Shown here piece by piece: positions 55,619 through 64,000 of a stretch of 64,000 nt of DNA. The stretch is taken from positions 166,758 to 230,757 of the forward strand of contig DWVI01000004.1 in assembly GCA_019120295.1 (NCBI GenBank), read 5' to 3'. Source of the stretch: Candidatus Onthoplasma faecipullorum (GTDB lineage Bacteria > Bacillota > Clostridia > Christensenellales > UBA1242). Each line of letters starts with the position of its first letter. Positions within the stretch are counted from its first letter, which is position 1. Under the pieces are notes generated by a model that was not told the origin of the DNA, did no database searches, and saw nothing but the letters and a program-made list of their open reading frames with translations. The translations under genes and the position numbers were made by a program.

Positions 55619-56254
55619 ATGAATTATAATGACGAAATCTTAGAGAATAAAGCATTCAACATCTTTAAACAAGTTTTGTTTGATATTGTTTTGGCTATAT
55701 GTATAATGCTTGCTATCGCTTTAATACTTGTGTATGGTTTTAGGTTTAGACCATACGAAGTGTTAAGCGATAGTATGTACCCTGTGTTTAAAACTGGAGA
55801 TATGGTTATTGTGAAAGCGCAAGATGATTACGAAGTGGGTGATATAATAAAATATAATTTAGGTTCTGTCGCTGTAACCCACAGGCTAATTGCAGTAAAA
55901 GAACACAACGGAGTGAAATACTATATAACACATGGTGATAATGTTCAAAGCCCAAACACTGAAAATGGTTCAACCACAGTTGATTGGGAATTAGATGCGG
56001 CATTCTTTGAAGATAAGGAATACACAGATATTGTGGTAAACGGAACTAAGCAATATCCAAATATAGACGTTTTAGAAATTTCAGACATTGAAGGTAGAGT
56101 TGTAACAAGCATTGCCAACTATGGCACATATATAAATTTTATAGCCGACCACAAATTGTTGGTAATTGCTATGATTATTGCAATATGGTGCGTGTGTGCA
56201 ACAGTGCAAAATGAAATCGAAATGAGAAAAACAAGGAGAATTTGGATTGCATAA
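55619..56254 (+). CDS. sipW: signal peptidase I, SipW (ER/archaeal S26B) type
   Basis: 'SDSMYPVFKTGDMVIV' (catalytic Ser box), 'THRLIAV' and 'THGDNVQSPN'. TM helices at both the N- and C-terminus. Starts 2 nt after the giant gene stop. Confidence 0.75.
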   Translation: MNYNDEILENKAFNIFKQVLFDIVLAICIMLAIALILVYGFRFRPYEVLSDSMYPVFKTGDMVIVKAQDDYEVGDIIKYNLGSVAVTHRLIAVKEHNGVKYYITHGDNVQSPNTENGSTTVDWELDAAFFEDKEYTDIVVNGTKQYPNIDVLEISDIEGRVVTSIANYGTYINFIADHKLLVIAMIIAIWCVCATVQNEIEMRKTRRIWIA

Positions 56255-58640
56255 ATTTAGAGCAAAAACTAATAAATTAATAATTATTTTAAGCGTCATA
56301 ATTGGCGCGGTTTTTGCTATTACAATAGGTGCAACTTATTCAAGTTTAACATTGTCGTTAAACGTTGGGTCAAATCCAAATTCAACCACAACATATTTAG
56401 CAAAGCAAGAGTATCAAGTTATAAATGATAGCGTGATTTCACCAATTCCGTTTGGAGATGGCGCAAAACTTAGTGAAGTTGCAATAGAATATTCATATTC
56501 TTATGATATAGATGTCAGAATTCAGTATTCTCTTAGTTGGTCTAATGGAGCAGACGCAAGTAATGTAATACTCACAATGCCTAATAGAGATAACTTTATT
56601 GTTGATGATGAATACATATTTGTCCGAGATGCAATTAGTGCAGGCACTGGAAAGTTAACAGTCATTTCAGCAGTCAATTTTGTTGACACGTCGGACGAAA
56701 CATATCAAGGCGCAAGTTTAACAATAAACATAGTTGATGTTGACGTCTATATTGCGAGTGATAGTGCTTCAGATTACACTTCAAATCACGCACTTGTTCA
56801 AGGTTTAAACAGCGTTGCTGCAACTGCTTGGTTAAAATATAAAAATCAAGAAACGGACACATCGAATGTGGCAAACGCATATGTAATTGCTTACAATTAT
56901 AGAAGCGATTATGAGCATGGTATTTATCACCCTAATTTGCAAACCGCATATTATTACGACACAACAAATAGTCAATATGTTGCACAATATGGAAATCGCT
57001 ATTATGCAGGGTTATCATTGTACGTTGTAACAGGGTCAAGCCCTATCAGACTTACTGTGAGAGCAGTAGGTTTATGGAGAACACCGAGCAACACAAACGC
57101 AAGTTCTGATGCTTTGGTGTTTGAAAATAACATTCGCTTTAACTATGATAGCGATTGGGTATATCAAAGCACATTGGACATCTTTGATTATATGTACTAT
57201 TCATATGTCATTCCAGCAAATACTGCAATTTATATAGATGTGCTTGATAGTATTGAAATAACAAGTATTACCAATCTTGCAAACACAGATTATGGCAACA
57301 ACAAAATGATTACACAATTAACAATAAATAGTGTGTCATTCACAGACTTTACAAATGGTATTGCATCAGGAAGAATTGCAACAGTAGATAATGGTGCAAC
57401 AACAACTTATGTTAAGCAAACTCTTGATATAGAAAATAGCGGAGAATATAACCCATATCTATACAACTTAACATCAGCAAGCCAAACAACGGATATTCCA
57501 ACAAGTATATTGGTAACAAACAACACGAGTTCTAGAAAAAATATATCTTTAACATTAACATTAAATGCGGTTATAAGCAATGGTAGAACACGTAAAGGTG
57601 AAGGCGATATCGATTTTAGCGATACACAATACTGGGCAAGATTAGAGTTCAACTCTAATAATTATGTGGCAACGCAAAAATCTTTTGGCACATACATAGC
57701 GCCTTATTCAACTGTTGACTTGTTTGATTACTATGCAATAGGTGCAAATTTCTATAATGATTTAGTAACAGCTTCAAATGGTTCATTTGATGCTTGGGTA
57801 TATCTTGAAGTTAGTGTTACAGAAACAACAGTTTCAAATTCAACAACAAATTCAAATTTAGATATAATTGCAACAGTTAACAATTCAACTGACAGTTCTA
57901 CTGTTGAAGTGTATGTAAAAAATAACACTGCAAATGTGGTTTCTAATATAACAGCAAACGTTAATTTAACTAGAGATGTAACAACATACTCACAATTATC
58001 AACTCAGCCTAGTGATTGGCAACACTTGTATTGGCGATATTATTATAATGATGGTTCAGGTTATCAATTAAACACAAATCCGAACTTTAACACGCAAACC
58101 TATTATGTAAGAAATGTAAACGTTTCACCAATAACAATATCAGGAAACTACGTTGCATCTAATGGGTTTACACTTTCTAGTGGCACAACATTTACATCTT
58201 CAACATTGAGATTGCTTCCAGGCGAGAGCGCAAAGGTTGTTGAAATCACGTTATCAAATACTGTTGACGGTTTAAGTTTAAGTTCTGCAACAGCAAGCGG
58301 AGCGTCTGCATCAGTGTCAACAACTGTTGAAATAGTAAATGAAGGAACGTCTAGTGCGTTTATTGTAAACAATTCAACCAATTCATATTACATAAGATTT
58401 GCAGGCACTTTAGCAACAACTGATAGTAAAATTCAATCAACTGGTGGCTATAATTATTACATTGGAATAGTAAGACCAGGTCAAGTGATTAGTCTAAGTA
58501 TGAGCGCAGGAAATAACCTAGCAGTTGATAGTATACTTGCAACAAACAAGTATGATGACACAACGAACCAAACTATTACAACTAGTTGGGGAGCAAACAT
58601 AGCAGAGTTATATTCAAACTATTTTAGTTTAAATAATTAA
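56247..58640 (+). CDS. large secreted protein (797 aa) with N-terminal TM/signal helix; SipW-substrate candidate
   Basis: TTG start 9 nt after AAGGAG, overlapping the sipW end. N-terminus 'LIIILSVIIGAVFAITIGATYSS'. N/S/T-rich, beta-rich sequence. Confidence 0.6.
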   Translation: MHKFRAKTNKLIIILSVIIGAVFAITIGATYSSLTLSLNVGSNPNSTTTYLAKQEYQVINDSVISPIPFGDGAKLSEVAIEYSYSYDIDVRIQYSLSWSNGADASNVILTMPNRDNFIVDDEYIFVRDAISAGTGKLTVISAVNFVDTSDETYQGASLTINIVDVDVYIASDSASDYTSNHALVQGLNSVAATAWLKYKNQETDTSNVANAYVIAYNYRSDYEHGIYHPNLQTAYYYDTTNSQYVAQYGNRYYAGLSLYVVTGSSPIRLTVRAVGLWRTPSNTNASSDALVFENNIRFNYDSDWVYQSTLDIFDYMYYSYVIPANTAIYIDVLDSIEITSITNLANTDYGNNKMITQLTINSVSFTDFTNGIASGRIATVDNGATTTYVKQTLDIENSGEYNPYLYNLTSASQTTDIPTSILVTNNTSSRKNISLTLTLNAVISNGRTRKGEGDIDFSDTQYWARLEFNSNNYVATQKSFGTYIAPYSTVDLFDYYAIGANFYNDLVTASNGSFDAWVYLEVSVTETTVSNSTTNSNLDIIATVNNSTDSSTVEVYVKNNTANVVSNITANVNLTRDVTTYSQLSTQPSDWQHLYWRYYYNDGSGYQLNTNPNFNTQTYYVRNVNVSPITISGNYVASNGFTLSSGTTFTSSTLRLLPGESAKVVEITLSNTVDGLSLSSATASGASASVSTTVEIVNEGTSSAFIVNNSTNSYYIRFAGTLATTDSKIQSTGGYNYYIGIVRPGQVISLSMSAGNNLAVDSILATNKYDDTTNQTITTSWGANIAELYSNYFSLNN

Positions 58641-58660
58641 TAAAAAATAAAGGGAGCAAA

Positions 58661-59323
58661 ATGAAGTTAAAAAGCAAAAAGATTAGCATAATTGGAGTAA
58701 TCGTGATTATCGCGCTAGTCTTTTTGTGCACTTTTAACATCACATATGCTTACTTTACGTCGGTTGCTAACATTGAAGGCAATTTAAATTTTGGTTCCCT
58801 TGATGTGCGATTTGCCTATTATAGTGGTGGAGTTACCACCCTAGAAAGTGGTGAAACAACTATGAGTGTTATCCCTGCGTCTAATTCTTCAATTTCACGT
58901 GGTTCAACATTCACATTTCAAACTCCAGAAGGTCAAGCAATCACATATTTAGGTTTTAATTCAAATTCAAGTTGCACAAGTTATGTAGCATTAAAAGTAA
59001 ATGCTTATAAACTTGTTGACGGAGTGGCGGATACAACCACAAATTACGGTGAATATTTTACTCTAAATTCGGCAAACAACCGTATTGTTTTAGGTAATGG
59101 CACTGGTTCTCAACGTGACGATGTCTACTATTACACAACAGCAATCACAGCAAATGGTTTCGTGGAATTTGCAGAGAGTATGACACTTAGCAACGATGCA
59201 CCAGTTGACTTATTAAATTCAAGTATAGAAATAACAATAACATTTAAAGCAGTTCAACAACCAAACCAAGCATATTTGTACGAGTTTGGTAGCGAATGGG
59301 GATATTTGGAGAGTTGGAGTTAA
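58661..59323 (+). CDS. TasA/camelysin-like secreted protein with SipW-cognate signal peptide
   Basis: 'IIGVIVIIALVFLCTFNITYAYFTSVANIEGNLNFGSLDV' matches the (A/T)YFT(D/S)...N.F..G.L pattern of SipW-dependent signal peptides, as I recall it. Confidence 0.6.
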   Translation: MKLKSKKISIIGVIVIIALVFLCTFNITYAYFTSVANIEGNLNFGSLDVRFAYYSGGVTTLESGETTMSVIPASNSSISRGSTFTFQTPEGQAITYLGFNSNSSCTSYVALKVNAYKLVDGVADTTTNYGEYFTLNSANNRIVLGNGTGSQRDDVYYYTTAITANGFVEFAESMTLSNDAPVDLLNSSIEITITFKAVQQPNQAYLYEFGSEWGYLESWS

Positions 59324-59982
59324 TGAAAAAGGCATTAAATAGGTCAATATATTGGGGATTTTCAGTTTGTATAATACTGATATGTCTTTTAATGCCAATT
59401 TTGACCACTAACGCTTGGTTCACAGCAGGTGAAAACCAACAAATTCAAATAATTGTCAATATTGAAAATATAAATTTGAATGTTTATCAAAGAGTAAATG
59501 GAGACACTGGCGATGGCGTACTTATTAAAACCTTTGACGAAAATGATAGTTCAACAGAAAAATCATATATTGATTTAACAGACGGAAGTGGCACAGGTGT
59601 TCGTGAAATTCTTCCAAATCAAAGTTATTCATTAAATTTAACGTTAAGAAATGCGGATACCGGTGCGGCATCTGTGTATGTAAGATATAAAATTGAAATG
59701 TATGTGAACGGTTTAACAGACACTGCAATTCAATTGAATATCTCAGGTCAAACCGCACCAAATGGAACAACGGCTGGTTTTGAATTAGATTCTGATGGTT
59801 ACTACTATTATCGCAACTCGGCGGGCAACCAACAATATCCATCACAAGCAAATTTGAACATGCTAACATCATTTAGTATTCCTTACAGTGAATTTGTAAA
59901 CAATGACATTAATGCGGACACTGTTAAATTAGTGGTGACAGTTGAAGCGTTCGACCTAGACCCAAGTTTGGGCACAACATAA
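59323..59982 (+). CDS. second TasA-like secreted protein
   Basis: TAATG overlap with the upstream gene; RBS TTGGAG. N-terminus 'ILICLLMPILTTNAWFTAGENQQIQI'. Confidence 0.55.
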   Translation: MKKALNRSIYWGFSVCIILICLLMPILTTNAWFTAGENQQIQIIVNIENINLNVYQRVNGDTGDGVLIKTFDENDSSTEKSYIDLTDGSGTGVREILPNQSYSLNLTLRNADTGAASVYVRYKIEMYVNGLTDTAIQLNISGQTAPNGTTAGFELDSDGYYYYRNSAGNQQYPSQANLNMLTSFSIPYSEFVNNDINADTVKLVVTVEAFDLDPSLGTT

Positions 59983-60020
59983 GACTTATAAAAATTAAAT
60001 TATAAAAGGGGGAACTAGTT

Positions 60021-60755
60021 ATGGATAATGAAAATAAATCAGTTTTAACGGATAGTTCTCTTTCAAATCAAAATTCAACTAAACCAAATCAAAATGTGCC
60101 AAAAAACACAAATAATGAAGGTTTAAATACTAAACCTGATTTAGATAATAAGAAAGCAGGTAAAAAAGAAAAATCATTACGTACAACCTTAAAATCTGAT
60201 TCTATCGACTTGGTAGAACTGGAGCAATTGAATGAACAAAATTTAAGAAATTTTAGAGCACGTTCTAAACGTAACAGAGCGATTATCATAGTTTTAACTG
60301 TTTTGTTAGTTGCAGTTATTGTCACAATCGGAATTTTATTAGGAATAGCAAAAGTAACAAATAATTGCTTCTTGTATGTTAGTGGAGATGGAACGGCTGT
60401 CCACGTTGTTGACGGTAATGAATTGTCTAGATTTAGAACGCCTGGTGAAATAACAGGCAATAGGCTTTTAGAAATTGACTTAGATTTAAAGATTGAATCG
60501 TCTGGCTCATACAATGTGCGTTTTACAATTCAAGTTTTCCAAGACGACCAAGAACTTGAAAACACAATTATATACGAACCAAATCGCACACTATTCTCAG
60601 CAGGAAATGATGGTTATTATTATAGTAAATCTCCAATTTCTGGTGAGCAAACAATAAATTTATGTCAGGGAGTGTTAATAGATTACCACTACGAAAACAC
60701 TCTTAACATTAATAATTTTAGAATGGAAGTGCACACATATTTAGAAAGCGCGTAG
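60021..60755 (+). CDS. single-pass membrane protein (disordered N-terminus, TM helix, extracytoplasmic beta-rich domain)
   Basis: RBS AAAGGGGG; TM helix 'AIIIVLTVLLVAVIVTIGILLGI'; last gene before the terminator. Confidence 0.6.
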   Translation: MDNENKSVLTDSSLSNQNSTKPNQNVPKNTNNEGLNTKPDLDNKKAGKKEKSLRTTLKSDSIDLVELEQLNEQNLRNFRARSKRNRAIIIVLTVLLVAVIVTIGILLGIAKVTNNCFLYVSGDGTAVHVVDGNELSRFRTPGEITGNRLLEIDLDLKIESSGSYNVRFTIQVFQDDQELENTIIYEPNRTLFSAGNDGYYYSKSPISGEQTINLCQGVLIDYHYENTLNINNFRMEVHTYLESA

Positions 60756-60760
60756 TTATA

Positions 60761-60787
60761 AAAATTCACCATATGGTGAATTTTTTT
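60761..60787 (+). terminator. rho-independent terminator
   Basis: AATTCACCATATGGTGAATT palindrome followed by TTTTTTT. Confidence 0.75.
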
Positions 60788-60796
60788 CATTTTATT

Positions 60797-60825
60797 TTGA
60801 CATATTAAAAATTTTGTTGTATATT
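60797..60825 (+). promoter_or_regulatory. sigA promoter TTGACA-17-TATATT, 9 nt before the rel ATG
   Basis: -35 at 60797-60802 and -10 at 60820-60825. No SD sequence before the ATG at 60835. Confidence 0.5.
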
Positions 60826-60834
60826 TAAATTGAA

Positions 60835-62919
60835 ATGAAAGAAGAATTAATTAAAAAAATTAAAGATAACTTTACTTTAAACGAAAAAGAACAAAAAATA
60901 ATTGAAGAATATATAATAGACGACATGAATTTACAGCGTTTATCTTTTGTGATAGACACAATGATAACATACCACATTCAGTCTGATTTTTTAGTTGTTT
61001 ATATTGTTTACACACACGGCAAAATCAACGAAGAAAAAGCAGAAGTTCAATTTAAAAAGTTTAATAAAGAAGAAAAAAGATTATATGAGTCTTTTAAACT
61101 TTTGCGTGATGTAACAACTCTAAACCGCGGAGCAGAAGCGGAAGATATTAGGCATTTGTTTTTAGCAATTTGCCAAGATATGCGAATGGTAATTGTAAAA
61201 TTTGCGTCCCTTTTATATGATTTAAAACAAATAAAACTCCCAATGACCCAACAAGATAGAGAATTTGTTAAAATGGTGAAAGAAATTTTTGCACCGCTTG
61301 CTGAGCGTTTAGGTCTAAATAGATTTAAAAATGATTTTGAAGATATCACATTCGAATTACTAGAACCAGATGCTTATAACCGCTTAAAGAATGAAGCGTT
61401 ACTAAAAACGAGTGTAAATCAAAAGCAGATTGAACTAACAACCAAAAAATTAAGAAAAATATTGCACGAACTAAATATTGAAGGTGAAATTCAATCTCGT
61501 CAAAAGCACTTTTATAGCGTTTATAAAAAACTTACCACAAAAAATATACCACTTGGTAAAGTTTATGACCTAGTTGCAATGCGTGTGATTGTAAATACGG
61601 TTGAAGATTGCTATGCAGTGCTTGGTAAAATTCATGCAATTTATAAACCAATTCCAGGAAGGGTGAAAGATTATATAGCAAACCCAAAACCAAATGGCTA
61701 TCAAAGTTTGCACACAACAATAGTTGCAGACAACACTCGTCCACTTGAAATTCAAATAAGAACACATGAAATGCACCGCTTGTCTGAATACGGTGTGGCT
61801 GCACACTGGATATATAAAGAAAAAAGAACTCAAACAAAAGCAGATAAAAAATTTGTTTGGTTCAGGCAAATGCTCGAAAATTCAAAGGACCTAGACAATG
61901 AGGAATTTTTGCAAACATTGAAATCAGACCTTTACGGTGAAGCAATAGTTGTTCAAACACCAAAAGGCAAAGTGTTAGAATTTCCACTTGGTTCAACAAT
62001 ACTTGATTTTGCATACGCGATTCACTCTGAGATTGGCAATAAGTGTGTTGGCGCTAGAATAAATGGTAAAATGGTGCCAATCACAACAAAACTAAAAAAT
62101 GCTGATGTGGTTGAAATAATCACCAACCCAAACAGCAAAGGTCCTTCACGTGACTGGTTAAAATATGTTAAAACCACATCTGCAAGGAGTAAAATTCGTG
62201 CGTTCTTTAAAAGCGAACATAAGGACGAAAACATAAAAACAGGTAAAACTATTTTAGACCAAAATTTAAAAGCGAAAAGTATAACACTATCAAAGGAAGA
62301 AAGAGAAGAGTTCTTAACTAAAATTGCATCAGGTTTAATGATAGACTCAATCGATGGGCTTCTAGCAGAAATTGGTGCGGGTTCAATTTCTATTTCAAGT
62401 GTGGTAAATAAAATTGCGGGATTTATTTCAAAAGAGAGATTGGAGAGCATAACTAACAAAAATGTGCTAACCATAAAACGAAATAAAGATGGTATTTTAG
62501 TGGACGGTGACGGTGGGTTACTCATTCGTTACGCAGGGTGTTGCACGCCTGTTGTTGGCGACGATATTATAGGTTACATTTCGCGTGGTCGTGGGGTCAC
62601 AATTCATAGAAGGGAGTGCATAAATGTTAAAAATTTAGAGCCAGAAAGATTGATAAAAGTTGAATGGCAAAAAGATTTGGTTTCTGATTTTATCACAACC
62701 ATAAAAGTTGAAACAGAAAACAACCCTAAAATGATAAAAGTGTTAACCGATTACACTCGTGAGTTGAAAGGTAAACTGAAAGGCTTTGGCTACATGCAAG
62801 TTCAGGATAAACTGCAATTTCAAATTGTTGTTCAAATTAAAAATAAAAGCGAACTTGATAGTATAATTAAAAATATTAAGTCTATAAAAAATGTTCAAAC
62901 AGTTTATAGAAGTGAATAA
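60835..62919 (+). CDS. rel: long RelA/SpoT-homologue (p)ppGpp synthetase with degenerate N-terminal hydrolase domain, plus TGS and ACT domains
   Basis: Synthetase motifs 'HFYSVYKKL', 'DLVAMRVIV', 'DYIANPKPNGYQSLHTT', 'EIQIRTHEMH' and 'GVAAHWIYKE'. TGS 'VVQTPKGKVLEFPLGSTILDFAYAIHSEIG'. C-terminal 'CCTPVVGDDIIGYISRGRGVTIHR'. No 'HP...LHD..ED' HD motif in the first ~100 aa. Confidence 0.85.
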   Translation: MKEELIKKIKDNFTLNEKEQKIIEEYIIDDMNLQRLSFVIDTMITYHIQSDFLVVYIVYTHGKINEEKAEVQFKKFNKEEKRLYESFKLLRDVTTLNRGAEAEDIRHLFLAICQDMRMVIVKFASLLYDLKQIKLPMTQQDREFVKMVKEIFAPLAERLGLNRFKNDFEDITFELLEPDAYNRLKNEALLKTSVNQKQIELTTKKLRKILHELNIEGEIQSRQKHFYSVYKKLTTKNIPLGKVYDLVAMRVIVNTVEDCYAVLGKIHAIYKPIPGRVKDYIANPKPNGYQSLHTTIVADNTRPLEIQIRTHEMHRLSEYGVAAHWIYKEKRTQTKADKKFVWFRQMLENSKDLDNEEFLQTLKSDLYGEAIVVQTPKGKVLEFPLGSTILDFAYAIHSEIGNKCVGARINGKMVPITTKLKNADVVEIITNPNSKGPSRDWLKYVKTTSARSKIRAFFKSEHKDENIKTGKTILDQNLKAKSITLSKEEREEFLTKIASGLMIDSIDGLLAEIGAGSISISSVVNKIAGFISKERLESITNKNVLTIKRNKDGILVDGDGGLLIRYAGCCTPVVGDDIIGYISRGRGVTIHRRECINVKNLEPERLIKVEWQKDLVSDFITTIKVETENNPKMIKVLTDYTRELKGKLKGFGYMQVQDKLQFQIVVQIKNKSELDSIIKNIKSIKNVQTVYRSE

Positions 62920-63016
62920 ATAAAAAATTTTAAATAAAAATTAAATTTAAATAAAAAAAATAATAAATATACTAAAAAATAGGTAAAATTTATAAAAATT
63001 AAATAATTTTTTTAAA

Positions 63017-63050
63017 AATAAAAATCATGTGTTAAACATGATTTTTATTT
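63017..63050. terminator. bidirectional terminator between convergent rel and the M23 peptidase gene
   Basis: AAAATCATGT (63021-30) pairs with ACATGATTTT (63036-45), flanked by A- and T-runs. Confidence 0.65.
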
Positions 63051-63051
63051 T

Positions 63052-63645
63052 TTATTTTTCACCAAGTGATAGATAATCGTTTGGGTCAACTTTAACACCG
63101 TTTAAAGTCATTTCAAAGTGAAGGTGTGCGTTTGTGTTTAACTCTTGCGCCATTGATGTGCTAACTGTGCCGATTTGTGTTCCAGCAGTTACAGCATCAC
63201 CAACTTTAACTAACACATCGCTATCAAGTGACTTATATATTGAAACAAGTCCGTTATCATGGCTAATTTCAACAACTGTACCTTCTAAGTAGTTAGTGTA
63301 AACGTTGGTTACTGTGCCATTTGCGATTGCATAGACGGCTGGGTTATCAGTTGGAACAAAGTCAATGGCTTTGTGTATTTCCCATTGTTTTAATGTATCA
63401 TTGTATTGAAGTTTAGCACCAGAATAGTCTTTAACAATGGTCGCATTTTGCATAGGTAACACATAACTTACAGCGGATACAGGCAAATCGTCGGTTCCGC
63501 CAACATCACCAGTAGGGCGATTATTATTTCTATTGTTTACAACAGCGATTGTGATAGCGCATGCCATAACGAGCAAAGCAACGATTGTTGCGTATATTAC
63601 ACTTGTGATAACCTTCTTCTTTTGACTAGAATTTGTATTGTTCAT
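63052..63645 (-). CDS. M23 (LytM-type) metallopeptidase with N-terminal TM anchor
   Basis: 'HKAIDF', 'GTQIGTV' and 'HLHFEM' match the HxxxD ... HxH pattern. Start moved to the ATG at 63645, 5 nt after AAGGAGG (the track start is 63693). Confidence 0.75.
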   Translation of the reverse strand: MNNTNSSQKKKVITSVIYATIVALLVMACAITIAVVNNRNNNRPTGDVGGTDDLPVSAVSYVLPMQNATIVKDYSGAKLQYNDTLKQWEIHKAIDFVPTDNPAVYAIANGTVTNVYTNYLEGTVVEISHDNGLVSIYKSLDSDVLVKVGDAVTAGTQIGTVSTSMAQELNTNAHLHFEMTLNGVKVDPNDYLSLGEK

Positions 63646-64000
63646 CATTTCCTCCTTGCAGAGATGATAGACAATTTTTTTTCTTTTAAACAAATTTTTA
63701 AAAATTTTTTAAAATTTTAATTATTTTCATTTATTGGACTGTTTATTTTGCACATTTTGTATTTATAAATATGAAATTTCTTTAATTTGCAATAATCATT
63801 TTTTTAATATGCAAATTATTTTAAATTGTAATAAATTTTCAACTAATTTATATATTAAAATATTTTTATATAAATTTTAATAACTACCTAATATTAGTGG
63901 CCAACCAATAATAGAGTAGTTAGGATAAATTGCAATTTGAATATTTACTTTTTGATTTTCAATAGTAACATTTTTGTTTATTTTATCTGTGTAGGCGTAT

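Overview
The window has two parts. (1) Bases 1 to ~36.8 kb are the right-hand part of a prophage. Nearly all of its genes are on the + strand, tightly packed, with strong GGAGG-type ribosome binding sites (RBS). In order they are: early/DNA-modification genes (methyltransferase fragment, ASCH, radical-SAM-like DUF5131, PAPS-reductase-like), terminase small and large subunits, portal, a Hint-domain protein, a 3191-aa multi-domain 'polyvalent' virion protein, scaffold, capsid, tail/fibre proteins, a complete diversity-generating retroelement (DGR: avd, TR, RT, target gene with VR1), and four membrane proteins. No tail tube, sheath or tape-measure gene and no endolysin were recognised. A second, independently diversified VR lies in a promoterless 224-bp inverted duplicate of the target gene at 36587-36810. 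It is followed by a minus-strand membrane-protein gene with an attenuator-like leader, then an rve/DDE insertion sequence. (2) From ~38.7 kb to 64 kb is AT-rich, low-GC Bacillota-like chromosome using the standard code (TGA is a stop). It carries a SAM methyltransferase, an M1 peptidase lipoprotein, a DnaB/DnaD-like protein, dnaI, cysS, a 2930-aa surface lipoprotein co-oriented with a sipW plus TasA-like secreted-protein operon, a long RelA/SpoT homologue lacking the hydrolase HD motif, and an M23 peptidase. All calls come from reading motifs by eye; no database search was possible. No rRNA, tRNA or CRISPR array was seen.
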